In this document: positions 9,795-22,011 of the stretch, one piece after another
How positions within the stretch are numbered: position 1 is the first letter of the stretch
Layout of the letters: every line of letters begins with the position of its first letter
Origin: Candidatus Omnitrophota bacterium
GTDB taxonomy: Bacteria > Omnitrophota > Gorgyraeia > Zapsychrales > JAHFFX01
DNA length: 64,000 nucleotides
NCBI GenBank assembly: GCA_023247705.1
Contig: JAHFFY010000001.1
Location: 97,358 to 161,357 of the forward strand
Direction of reading: 5' to 3'
Notes under the pieces: generated by a model
Seen by the model: only the letters and a program-made list of their open reading frames with translations
The model's database searches: none
Told to the model about the DNA's origin: nothing
Made by a program: the position numbers and the translations under genes

Positions 9795-11651
9795 ATGGAT
9801 AAATCTACAAAAACCATTCATTCCTTTCATGTCCCAGTCATGGGGACCGGATTTTCGATTGATACCCCAATTAAAGTCGCTAAATATGGGATTTCGTCTG
9901 TCATTTCACTGGTTGATGATACCCTTATTGAGCAGATGCGAAAATTTTACTGTGAGGTCATGAAAGAAGACTATATTCCTATTTCTAAATACGAACCTGA
10001 TTACCGGGCCAGACGAATCACGGCGTATTTGAATTTAGTGGACAGAATTGTCAAAAAACAGTTTGAAGTCCTCAAAAATTCCGCATTTGAAGTCGGGAGT
10101 GAAATCACCAAATATTTTGAGTTGCTGTCGGACCATTCTCCGCTCAAGAATTTATATAATAAAATGCTCGCCACCACCGATCAGCAATCCAAATCAGATC
10201 TACAAACCGAATTGCGTAACAGCATTCAACCGGGAGATATCAACGTCAATATCATGACGAAACTTGACCGGAATAATCATGCTCCGGACGGCACCGAGCT
10301 CCCTCCTGAATTTTCCGATGCCTTATCTGCATTACGTGGATATGCGCAAAGCACGTTAAATTCAGCGATTGTTTTTTCTGCCGGGATAAATCGTCGTTTG
10401 TATACTTATGTTGAAAATTTTAAAGATTTTTATGCCGACGCATCGGGTCTTATTAAAAAGCGAATTATCCTTAAAGTGAGTGACTACCGGTCGTCCATTA
10501 CCCAAGGTAAATTTTTTGCCAAAAAAGGACTTTGGGTTTCAGAATACCGCATCGAATCCGGGTTAAACTGCGGTGGACATGCCTTTGCCACTGATGGATA
10601 TCTGATGGGGCCGATTTTGGAAGAATTCAAAATCAAAAAGCAAGAATTAATCAATTCATTGCATGAGATCTATAATCAAGCGGTTCAGTTAAAGAATAAA
10701 TTGAACTTTCTGAGTCCTCATCCCATCCGGATCACCGCTCAAGGTGGTATTGGGACGTATAACGAAGACCGTCTTTTATTGGATTATTATCAAATCGATG
10801 GCACAGGCTGGGCGACCCCCTTTCTTCTGGTCCCGGAAGTCACCAACGTTGATGATGACACTCTCAAAAAGCTGGCTGCGGCGACCGAAGATGATTTGTA
10901 TTTAAGCAATGTCTCTCCTTTAGGCGTCCCGTTCCATAATTTGCGCGGATCAAATAGCGACCTCGAACGAGACCGGCGTGTTGAGGATAACCGTCCCGGC
11001 AGCGCTTGTCCCAAAGGTCATCTGGTGTCCAACACGGAATTTACCACAAAAACAATTTGTACCGCTTCCCGTCAGTACCAAAAGTCAAAAATTGATCAGT
11101 TGAACGCCATGAATCTTTCCGAGCAAGAATACAAAAAAGCGATGGATAAAGTGGTTGTCAAATCCTGCATCTGTCATGATCTCGGGGAAGGGGTTTTATT
11201 AAAAAATAAAATTATCGAGAACGGCCAAAAGCGTTTTGCGGCAGTTTGCCCCGGGCCGAATATCGCTTATTTCTCCAAGATATCGACCTTGGCAGAAATG
11301 GTGGGACATATTTATGGTCGACTCAACCTGCTCAATGCAACGGAGCGTCCCCATATGTTCATTAAAGAGTTAAAACTTTATATTGATTATTTAAAAAACG
11401 AAATAATGAAATGCGTCTTGGAGCCGACGTCAAAGGAAATTGCCTATTTGACAGAGTTCAAGAATAACCTTTTGGACGGAATGAATTATTACAAAACTTT
11501 TTTTCCGAAAATGATTGAAGAAACGCAAGAATATCGAATGAAAATGCTAGAAGAATTAAAGAAATACAGCCAGAAATTGGAATATCTTGTTGAAGAGCAT
11601 CAACACCTATTTTCTGAAACCTCTTTAGCCCCTGCTGCTGTTCCTGCCTAA
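9795..11651 (+). CDS. Hypothetical 618-aa protein with a nitronate-monooxygenase/FabK-like FMN TIM-barrel core split by long insertions, plus a Cys-rich and coiled-coil C-terminal region
   Basis: N-terminal FHVPVMGTGFSIDTPIKVAKYGISSV resembles the NMO family N-terminus. ESGLNCGGHAF resembles the NMO catalytic G-x-EAGGH block. ITAQGGIGTYNEDRLLLDYYQIDGTGWATPFLLVPE resembles the GGI...GADG..GTrFlaT-E C-terminal barrel motif. There are also Cys-containing segments (CPKGH, CTAS, CICHD, CPGP). The function is not assignable. Confidence 0.45.
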   Translation: MDKSTKTIHSFHVPVMGTGFSIDTPIKVAKYGISSVISLVDDTLIEQMRKFYCEVMKEDYIPISKYEPDYRARRITAYLNLVDRIVKKQFEVLKNSAFEVGSEITKYFELLSDHSPLKNLYNKMLATTDQQSKSDLQTELRNSIQPGDINVNIMTKLDRNNHAPDGTELPPEFSDALSALRGYAQSTLNSAIVFSAGINRRLYTYVENFKDFYADASGLIKKRIILKVSDYRSSITQGKFFAKKGLWVSEYRIESGLNCGGHAFATDGYLMGPILEEFKIKKQELINSLHEIYNQAVQLKNKLNFLSPHPIRITAQGGIGTYNEDRLLLDYYQIDGTGWATPFLLVPEVTNVDDDTLKKLAAATEDDLYLSNVSPLGVPFHNLRGSNSDLERDRRVEDNRPGSACPKGHLVSNTEFTTKTICTASRQYQKSKIDQLNAMNLSEQEYKKAMDKVVVKSCICHDLGEGVLLKNKIIENGQKRFAAVCPGPNIAYFSKISTLAEMVGHIYGRLNLLNATERPHMFIKELKLYIDYLKNEIMKCVLEPTSKEIAYLTEFKNNLLDGMNYYKTFFPKMIEETQEYRMKMLEELKKYSQKLEYLVEEHQHLFSETSLAPAAVPA

Positions 11652-11683
11652 TTAAATCCGATTTAATATTGCGATTAAAATTT

Positions 11684-13531
<1,848 letters not shown>

Positions 13532-13596
13532 TCAAATTAAATTCCGTATCCTTAGAAAAGCAAATCTAGTCTTTCAAAGCGTTCAGCGATCATGAA

Positions 13597-13959
13597 TTAA
13601 CTAAAGGAAGTCCCGCATCCGCAACTATTCGAGGCGTTGGGATTCCGATACTTGAAACCACTTTCTTTCAATGTATCAATGTAATCGAGTTCAATCCCTT
13701 TTAAGAATGAAACACTTTCTTCATTAATAAAAATTTTAAAATCTCCCTGTTCGAGAACAATATCGTTTGAGTACGGAGTTTTCTGGAAGCGAAGGTCATA
13801 TGAAAGGCCGGCGCACCCTCCGGGGATGACGCCAACGCGCAGCCCGTATCCTTGTTTGCCTTCTTTTTCCATCATGGTTTTGATTTTCGCGACCGCGGAA
13901 TCGGTCACGGTGATCAGTTTTGATGGTGAAGATTGATTATTCTTTTGAGTTGTGTCCAT
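13597..13959 (-). CDS. erpA: A-type iron-sulfur carrier protein (IscA/ErpA/HesB family)
   Basis: GVIPGGCAGLSYDL and the C-terminal SCGCGTSF are the three-Cys A-type carrier signature. Start is placed at the internal MDTTQ, because the 32 upstream codons of the track ORF overlap the FIST gene. Confidence 0.85.
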   Translation of the reverse strand: MDTTQKNNQSSPSKLITVTDSAVAKIKTMMEKEGKQGYGLRVGVIPGGCAGLSYDLRFQKTPYSNDIVLEQGDFKIFINEESVSFLKGIELDYIDTLKESGFKYRNPNASNSCGCGTSFS

Positions 13960-13967
13960 TGGTTTTC

Positions 13968-15131
13968 CTATCGTTTGGGATAAAACAACGCAATACTGTC
14001 GGTAAATCCATGCAAGAAGTTGTCCTGACAGACCGGTCCAATTTCGCCTGCGCAAAAGAAACCGCCGGCAGGGATCGGCCCAAGGTGCTGCTGAATTAAT
14101 TTTATATCATGATTTCTTGTTCGGAACAAATTTTCGCCTCTTCCGTTGCAGGAGAACACGAGCGCACCTTTTGGTTTTTCTTTATTCTGGGCCGTTAAAG
14201 CTGTCAGCAATTCGCTGAGATCCTCTGTGGCGGTTTGCGCGTCGCGTACATGAAATTGAACGGTTTGTCCGGTTTTGATTACATCCGCAATCGCCCCTGC
14301 TCCGGTTTTACGGTCGAGACCAACGAGTCCCCGGATCAAAAAATCCCCGCGTTTAAATTGATGCTGATATTCATTCATCGCAATGCCGACAAAAATCGTT
14401 TCTTGGGCGAGGAGTTTATCCCGGGCCGAAGCCTTATGCAATACTTCTTGCAGAATTTCCAGGAAAGGTTTTCCTCCTAAATCAAATATAATATTTTCTT
14501 GTGATTTTGTCACAATAAATGTTTCGCCAATCGGACGGCATCCTTGCGAAACAATGGTTTCAACCGCAACATTTCCGGTCAATACAATCCCTACCATGCC
14601 GTTATCCAGCTGTTCATCATTTAAAATAAGGCCGTTTTCTCCCTGTTGAAACCCTCCGCTCGCCACCCCTCCGATTACCGGACAGCGTGGATAAGATTGG
14701 TTGATCCATTGCAGAAATCGATTCATATCAAAGGTAAATGGATCAGGCAATGTGATAAAGATTGGATTTTCACTTGGATAAATCTCAAAGAAATTATACC
14801 AGCTCTCCTTGTTTTCCAAGACCTCTAATTCGCTTTGTTGAATCGAGAAAGGCGTTATTTTGACACCGGGGAAATTCGCTAAGATCAGGACGTTTGCGGG
14901 CTTTCGTTCGATTTCTTCTTCGCTTCCGATGACACCGGCACAGGTGCAACCAAGCAACAGATTACAACGCAAGCGCTTCTTCAATAACATTACAATTTCA
15001 TCCACAGACACTTTATTAAAAGAAGAAATGAAGATAATGCCTAGATCAAACGGATCGGTGAGATCGCTGGTTAAATCTTCGATGATTTTGTGACTGTCCG
15101 TAGCATAGCTTGTTTTGCTGATAAATTGCAC
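13968..15131 (-). CDS. FIST-domain protein (FIST_N + FIST_C, putative small-molecule sensor, no output domain)
   Basis: 387 aa with two-lobed FIST architecture (GVIGS..., VIGGVASGG..., FSCNGRG) and no fused output domain. Confidence 0.7.
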   Translation of the reverse strand: MQFISKTSYATDSHKIIEDLTSDLTDPFDLGIIFISSFNKVSVDEIVMLLKKRLRCNLLLGCTCAGVIGSEEEIERKPANVLILANFPGVKITPFSIQQSELEVLENKESWYNFFEIYPSENPIFITLPDPFTFDMNRFLQWINQSYPRCPVIGGVASGGFQQGENGLILNDEQLDNGMVGIVLTGNVAVETIVSQGCRPIGETFIVTKSQENIIFDLGGKPFLEILQEVLHKASARDKLLAQETIFVGIAMNEYQHQFKRGDFLIRGLVGLDRKTGAGAIADVIKTGQTVQFHVRDAQTATEDLSELLTALTAQNKEKPKGALVFSCNGRGENLFRTRNHDIKLIQQHLGPIPAGGFFCAGEIGPVCQDNFLHGFTDSIALFYPKR

Positions 15132-15249
15132 AATATTTAAATTTCCGGAATTGGGAATTCTTTTTGTTTACATTAATTTTGATCGTGATTTATTTTAACA
15201 TGATCAATTAAAAAATGTGAACTATTTTGTGATTTGCAGAAGAATTCTT

Positions 15250-15678
15250 TTATTTTTTTGAGGAACGAATCATCAAAACCGGAATATCGGTGCGGTGGCG
15301 AATATTCTCGGCAACGCTGCCCAGAATGATATCTTTAAAAAGTCGGTGACCGTGGGTGGACATGGCAATAAGGTCGCATTCTTCTTTAGTCAGAATCGAA
15401 AGGATTTCGTCAGCGGGTTCTCCCTGGACCAAATGGATCACCGTGGGGAAACCCTCCTTGATTAATTCCTCTTTCCGATTTTCTAAATATATTTTATCTT
15501 TTTTGATCTCTTCGGAATCTTCGAGATTTAATTGTTGTTGTAGCCGCGCCACATAGCCATCTGCGACATGCACTAAAACCAGACTGGCCTTGGTTAATCT
15601 GGCTAATGGTTTAATATGGGTCAAAATGGTATTATCTACAGGAGAATTTTCCAACGGGATTAAAATTTTTTTATACAT
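15250..15678 (-). CDS. uspA: Universal stress protein
   Basis: 142 aa of the UspA family (KKILIPLENSP...LVLVHV...AMSTHG). Confidence 0.85.
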   Translation of the reverse strand: MYKKILIPLENSPVDNTILTHIKPLARLTKASLVLVHVADGYVARLQQQLNLEDSEEIKKDKIYLENRKEELIKEGFPTVIHLVQGEPADEILSILTKEECDLIAMSTHGHRLFKDIILGSVAENIRHRTDIPVLMIRSSKK

Positions 15679-15693
15679 AAAAATCCTTTTAAA

Positions 15694-17058
15694 CTATTTT
15701 AGCCAACCGATGATTGTTTGGACTAACAGGTAAAGATTCAAAACTCCTATAATCACGGCGATCACCCAAACGATGATCTTTAGACCTGGTGAATTAGCGA
15801 ATGCCCCCATTTTTCTTTTATCACTGGTGAACCACACCAGCGGAACAACCGCAAAACTTAATTGTAAGGAAAGAATCACCTGGCTTAAGATGAGTAAATT
15901 GCCAACTCCTTTTTCTCCATATAAAATCGCGACGATCACAGCGGGGACGATGGCTAAAGAACGCGTTATAATTCTTCTTATCCATGGACGAAGTCTAATA
16001 TTTAAAAATCCTTCCATAACGATTTGTCCCGCCAGTGTTCCGGTTAACGTCGAGTTTTGTCCAGAGGCTAACAACGCAATGGCGAACAACGTACTTGCCA
16101 TAGGGATTCCGAGAACTGGCGTTAAAAGTTTATATGCATCGTTGATATCGGCCACGTTTTCGTATTGGGTCCCGTGAAACGCAGCAGCACTCAAAACAAG
16201 GATTGCGGCATTAATAAAGAAGGCACAAAGCAACGCGGCAGTCGAATCGAATGTCGCAAATCGAATCGCCATTCTCTTCCCTTCGATATCCCGTTTAAAA
16301 GCCCTTGTCTGAACTATACTGGAATGTAAATATAAATTATGCGGCATAACCGTCGCCCCTAAAATTCCAATCGCGATATACAGCATGGATGGATCGGTGA
16401 CGATTCCCGTCCGGGGGAAAATACTCATCATGATTTGAGAATAAGACGGATTGGCCGCAATCAACTCAAAGGTAAAGCATCCGCCAATCGTAAAAATTAA
16501 AGCGGCTACAATACATTCTAGGATCCGGAATCCTTTGTGTTGCAAAAACAAAACAATCATAACATCTAATGCGGTCAGGATGACACCCAGTATTAACGGA
16601 ATATGAAAAAGGAGATTAAGCGCGATCGCTGATCCAATCACTTCCGCCAGATCACAGGCAGCGATCGCAATTTCGCAAAGGACCCAGAGGAAATAAACAA
16701 CCGGTTTTGAAAAATGATCCCGGCAGGCCTGTGCTAAATCCCGGCTGGTTACAATCCCTAATTTCAATGATAAATACTGCAGTAAAATAGCCATAAAGTT
16801 GGAAATAAGAATTACGGAAATCAATGTATACCCGAATTTCGCACCCCCGGCTAAGTCGGTGGCCCAATTCCCAGGATCCATATACCCAACGGCCACCATC
16901 AGCCCTGGGCCGGCAAATGCGAGTATTTTTTTCCAAATTGAAAGACTTTGGGAAACAGGAATAGAAGCGTTTACTTCGGGTAAGCTGGGTGTGGTGACTG
17001 GTCTTCTCCACGCGCCTATTTCAGAACCATCAAAATTATTTAAAATACGATCTGGCAT
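15694..17058 (-). CDS. mntH: NRAMP-family divalent metal (Mn2+/Fe2+) transporter
   Basis: 454 aa with GPGLMVAVGYMDPGNWATDLAGGA, the Nramp consensus, and multiple TM segments. Confidence 0.9.
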   Translation of the reverse strand: MPDRILNNFDGSEIGAWRRPVTTPSLPEVNASIPVSQSLSIWKKILAFAGPGLMVAVGYMDPGNWATDLAGGAKFGYTLISVILISNFMAILLQYLSLKLGIVTSRDLAQACRDHFSKPVVYFLWVLCEIAIAACDLAEVIGSAIALNLLFHIPLILGVILTALDVMIVLFLQHKGFRILECIVAALIFTIGGCFTFELIAANPSYSQIMMSIFPRTGIVTDPSMLYIAIGILGATVMPHNLYLHSSIVQTRAFKRDIEGKRMAIRFATFDSTAALLCAFFINAAILVLSAAAFHGTQYENVADINDAYKLLTPVLGIPMASTLFAIALLASGQNSTLTGTLAGQIVMEGFLNIRLRPWIRRIITRSLAIVPAVIVAILYGEKGVGNLLILSQVILSLQLSFAVVPLVWFTSDKRKMGAFANSPGLKIIVWVIAVIIGVLNLYLLVQTIIGWLK

Positions 17059-17542
17059 AGTTTTCTCCAGGTGATAATGCTTTTTCTTTTAACTTCTGAC
17101 ATTTTGCACAAACTCCATAGAAATGCATTTCATGGCCTAATACTTTAAAATTTTTGGATTTCAGAATAGGAATGTAGTTTAAATCACACTGCTTGCAAAA
17201 AAATTCGATAACCGCGTAACAACGGATACATCGCGCATGATGGTGCAAGATTTCATCATAAACGTGCTCATAATGTTCATGTTTTTCTCCAAATGCGGTC
17301 TTGCGGATGATCCCTGCCTCCAACAACTCACGGATACTGCGGTAGATCGTTGCTCGGGAAACTTTATTCCGGTTCTTTCGGCAGAGCTTGATCAATTCTT
17401 CGGTGGTAAAGTGTCCGTGCAATGACATCGCGAGATGACAGATGAGGATTCTTCCAGGAGTGATTTTAAAACCGGTTCGAATCAAATAATCTTTAAATCG
17501 CTTTTCTTCTCGTGATAATAAGCTCTGCTTCCCTTTGCTCAT
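17036..17542 (-). CDS. fur: Fur-family metal-responsive transcriptional regulator (Fur/Mur-like)
   Basis: 168 aa with HHHxxCxxC and a second CxxC structural-Zn motif. Its 3' end overlaps the mntH start by 23 nt. Confidence 0.85.
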   Translation of the reverse strand: MSKGKQSLLSREEKRFKDYLIRTGFKITPGRILICHLAMSLHGHFTTEELIKLCRKNRNKVSRATIYRSIRELLEAGIIRKTAFGEKHEHYEHVYDEILHHHARCIRCYAVIEFFCKQCDLNYIPILKSKNFKVLGHEMHFYGVCAKCQKLKEKALSPGENYARSYFK

Positions 17543-17550
17543 AATGAGAC

Positions 17551-17585
17551 AGTGTATCTTCTAATTAAAACAGTGTCAATCAGAA
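17551..17585 (-). promoter_or_regulatory. Putative fur promoter (TTGACA-N17-TACACT, minus strand) with an overlapping imperfect palindrome (candidate Fur/Mur operator)
   Basis: On the minus strand TTGACA (plus 17574-17579) and TACACT (plus 17551-17556) are separated by 17 nt, and the ATG follows 8 nt after the -10 box, implying a leaderless transcript. The palindrome TTCTGATT-N11-AATTAGAA (one mismatch) spans 17559-17585 and overlaps the -35 box. Confidence 0.3.
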
Positions 17586-17649
17586 TTTAAAGAATCTTAA
17601 GTCGAACTCATAAGGGAGATTTGTTAAGCAATAATTCTTTCGGGAATAT

Positions 17650-18198
17650 TTATCTCCATTTAATGGAACAGCCCATGGAAGATTTTTGATTGGTGGAGAT
17701 AGGTTTGCTTGAAGATAAACAGTCGATGGCCTCTTTTAATTCTTGTTGCTTGACTTTGCTTTCATCTTGCCAGTTATCATCGATACGGCCATGATAAACG
17801 AGTTCTTGGTGTGAATCGAAAAGATAAATGTCCGGGGTGCACTGGGCATTGAACGCCTTGGCAACGTTTTGCGATTCATCCACGAGATACGGAAAGTCAA
17901 TCCCCCACTCTTTAATTTTAAGGATCATTTCGGCCGGGGCATCTTCCGGGTATTGGGGATGAATATTCGGATTGATCGCGACCGTATTGATCTGGGATAC
18001 TCGAGCATGCTTCGCCAAACGGATTAACCGGGGCCAGACCGCCAATGCATACGGACAATGGTTGCAGGTAAAAACGATCAGCAATCCCTTTTGTCCGAAT
18101 AAATTTTTGCCAACATACTCTTTACCTAACGGATCGCTTATTTTGAAGTCAGGCATTTTAATTTTTAAAGGGATACTAATGGATTCTAAAAGAGCCAT
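17650..18198 (-). CDS. Thioredoxin-fold thiol-disulfide oxidoreductase (redoxin/AhpC-TSA-like)
   Basis: 182 aa with a CNHCPY CxxC active site in a thioredoxin-like context. Confidence 0.7.
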   Translation of the reverse strand: MALLESISIPLKIKMPDFKISDPLGKEYVGKNLFGQKGLLIVFTCNHCPYALAVWPRLIRLAKHARVSQINTVAINPNIHPQYPEDAPAEMILKIKEWGIDFPYLVDESQNVAKAFNAQCTPDIYLFDSHQELVYHGRIDDNWQDESKVKQQELKEAIDCLSSSKPISTNQKSSMGCSIKWR

Positions 18199-18212
18199 CG
18201 CAGTTCCTTGAG

Positions 18213-19514
<1,302 letters not shown>

Positions 19515-19521
19515 TCAATGA

Positions 19522-20331
19522 TTAATTGAGAAATGAAAAGATCAATCCAATTCCTATCGCAAGAAATATTGCGGAACAAAAAATTTTAAGTGTGGGCATA
19601 TATTTAGTTAAAAACTCTACACATCTTTTATCGCGGCTGATCACCAGCATAAAAACCAAACTGATGATTAATGGGATAATAAAACTTAAACTATAGCAGA
19701 AAGCCGATGCCAGCGCAGGAATTCTTTGATTTTCAACAAACAATAGATAAAAGTTTGTCGTTACATACAATTGCTCCGGACACGCGGACGCTAAAAGTGA
19801 CAAAATCAATCCGAGCAAAAACGGCCACCATCTTGATTCTAAACCAATGAACAAGTTGGGTTTTTTCGTTATTTTTTGCTTCGGTTCGCTTTCTTCTCCT
19901 GTTTTTTCAACGCTTAAAGGAAATTTTATTTTAAAGGAGGCCGTATTGTTGGTCTGTTTATAAAGACACCAATCATGAATGTTACGCCACGCGAGAAAAA
20001 TTAAGAACGCCCCTGTTAAAATATAAAAACCTTGCGCACCTGTCGAAAACAATGCGGACGCACGAACCGCATTAAAAAAACCGGAAATCACTAAAAACGA
20101 AGATAAAAAAACCCCAAGTATAAAATAAAATCCAAGCCGAAGCATTTTATCGGGATAAAAAATCAGAAAGAACATCCCGATCGATAAAAAAACCAAGTTT
20201 GTTATGGCGCATGGATTCAAACTGTCATTAACACCGCCTATAAAAAATGGAAGCAAGCTGAAAGATTGCGAGGTGAATTGTTCGTTTCGCTCTGTCGTAA
20301 TTGTTTTTTCTCTAGTCGACATAGATACCAT
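19522..20331 (-). CDS. Polytopic integral membrane protein of unknown function, with one conserved Cys in each half (possibly DsbD/CcdA-like)
   Basis: 269 aa and hydrophobic, with SLNPCA and ASACPE motifs in separate TM segments. No confident family assignment. Confidence 0.5.
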   Translation of the reverse strand: MVSMSTREKTITTERNEQFTSQSFSLLPFFIGGVNDSLNPCAITNLVFLSIGMFFLIFYPDKMLRLGFYFILGVFLSSFLVISGFFNAVRASALFSTGAQGFYILTGAFLIFLAWRNIHDWCLYKQTNNTASFKIKFPLSVEKTGEESEPKQKITKKPNLFIGLESRWWPFLLGLILSLLASACPEQLYVTTNFYLLFVENQRIPALASAFCYSLSFIIPLIISLVFMLVISRDKRCVEFLTKYMPTLKIFCSAIFLAIGIGLIFSFLN

Positions 20332-21914
20332 TAAACTTTAATCAGTTTGACAAACAATACGTCCTTTTTCTTTCGCAATTTTTCTAAGACGGGATCAGGC
20401 ACATCGCTATCGACGTTAACCACACTGATGACTAACCCGCCTTGTTTTTCTCGTCCAAAGCTGATGCTTCCGATATTAATGTTGCCTTCGGCCAAAATCG
20501 TTCCAACCGCACCCACGATTCCGGGTTTATCATTGTTATTGATGAAGAGCATGTATCCAGCGGGAGTGGCTTCCACATAAATATTGTTGATCTTAACGAT
20601 GCGCGGTTTGTTATTCGCGGACAAGGTCCCCCAGAGATGAAAGGCCTCTTTGTCCGTGATGACCTCTAAACTAACTAGATTGACAAACTCTTCTTCTTTA
20701 CTGGAATGGATTTCTTGAACCTTGATCGCCCTGTCTCTGGCCAAATCAATGGCATTGATAAAATTGACGGATTCCCCCAGGATCGGCGAAAGTAGTCCGT
20801 ACACACACGACATCGTCACCGGCGCAACTTTATGGGTTGTGACGGTTCCGCCGTAAACAATATTTATTTCTTTGATCCGGCCTTGAATCAACTGACCGGC
20901 GAATTTTCCCATGCGTTCAGCCAAATTGATATAAGGTTCTAAAATTTTGTAAGCTTCGGCGCTGACCGATGGAAAATTGGCGGCGTTCATGATCCCTTTG
21001 CCTTGAATGGCATTGCGGACCGATTCCGCGATCTCGATGGCCACATTGACTTGGGCTTCGGTCGTTGAAGCGCCCAAATGCGGTGTCGCCACACAGTGAT
21101 CAAATTTCAAAAGCGGTGAATTGAAGTCGGGTGGTTCTGTTTCATAAACGTCTAATGCCGCTCCGGCGATTTTTTTGTTTTTCAGCGCGTCAATCAAGGC
21201 CGCTTCATCGATGATTCCTCCTCGGGCACAATTGATCACCCGGACCGTATTTTTCATCATGGCAAACTCTTTGTGCGAGATGAGATGTTTTGTCTCCGCG
21301 CTTTTGGGAATATGGATGGTGATATAATCTGATGTTTTAAAAAGTTCTTTCAGTTCAACCACCTCAACGCCTAATTTGGTTGCCACTTCCATGGAGAGAA
21401 AAGGATCATAGGCCAAAATTTTCATGCCGAACGATTTGGCCATTTTAGAAACGGTTGAACCGATGCGTCCCAATCCGATAATCCCTAACGTTTTTCCGTA
21501 TAGTTCGACCCCTTCAAACTTTGACCGTTCCCATTTCCCGGCTTTCAAGGAAGCGCAGGCCTGCGGAATATTTCGCGATAACGAAAGAATCAGGCTCATC
21601 GTATGCTCGGCGGTTGAAGTTGTGTTGCCGGCGGGTGTGTTCATCGCCACAATGCCTTTTTTGGTTGCGGCGGGTAGATCCACATTATCCAACCCAACCC
21701 CGGCGCGGCCGATGACTTTTAACTTTTGCGCCGCTTCGATGATATCTGCCGTCACGGTCGTTGCGCTGCGGATGATCAAGGCATCATAGTCTTTGATAAT
21801 CGCTTTGAGCTCGTCGGGTTTTAAACCATATTTACAATCCACCTGAAATTCTTTGACCGCTTTTAATATATCAATTCCTTCTTGAGCAAGTTTATCACTA
21901 ATAAGAATTTTCAT
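20331..21914 (-). CDS. serA: D-3-phosphoglycerate dehydrogenase with C-terminal ACT domain
   Basis: 527 aa of the 2-hydroxyacid dehydrogenase family (GxGxxG NAD site GIIGLGRIGS) with a C-terminal ASB/ACT regulatory region. Confidence 0.9.
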   Translation of the reverse strand: MKILISDKLAQEGIDILKAVKEFQVDCKYGLKPDELKAIIKDYDALIIRSATTVTADIIEAAQKLKVIGRAGVGLDNVDLPAATKKGIVAMNTPAGNTTSTAEHTMSLILSLSRNIPQACASLKAGKWERSKFEGVELYGKTLGIIGLGRIGSTVSKMAKSFGMKILAYDPFLSMEVATKLGVEVVELKELFKTSDYITIHIPKSAETKHLISHKEFAMMKNTVRVINCARGGIIDEAALIDALKNKKIAGAALDVYETEPPDFNSPLLKFDHCVATPHLGASTTEAQVNVAIEIAESVRNAIQGKGIMNAANFPSVSAEAYKILEPYINLAERMGKFAGQLIQGRIKEINIVYGGTVTTHKVAPVTMSCVYGLLSPILGESVNFINAIDLARDRAIKVQEIHSSKEEEFVNLVSLEVITDKEAFHLWGTLSANNKPRIVKINNIYVEATPAGYMLFINNNDKPGIVGAVGTILAEGNINIGSISFGREKQGGLVISVVNVDSDVPDPVLEKLRKKKDVLFVKLIKV

Positions 21915-22011
21915 AGTTTACTCCGGTTTTGAGCCATTTCTTATAAGCTAAAATATATCACGACATGATTTGCGTTATGACCAATCATGTGCGTGATGAC
22001 ATGATTTGCCT

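Noticed and set aside
11652-11683. Convergent gap between the 618-aa ORF and thiC, as a bidirectional terminator
   Set aside because: The gap is only 32 nt, and no convincing GC-rich hairpin with a U-tract could be drawn.
13960-14055. N-terminal 32 codons of track ORF 13597-14055
   Set aside because: They overlap the FIST gene 3' end. A-type carrier homologues begin at the internal MDTTQ, so the start was moved to 13959.
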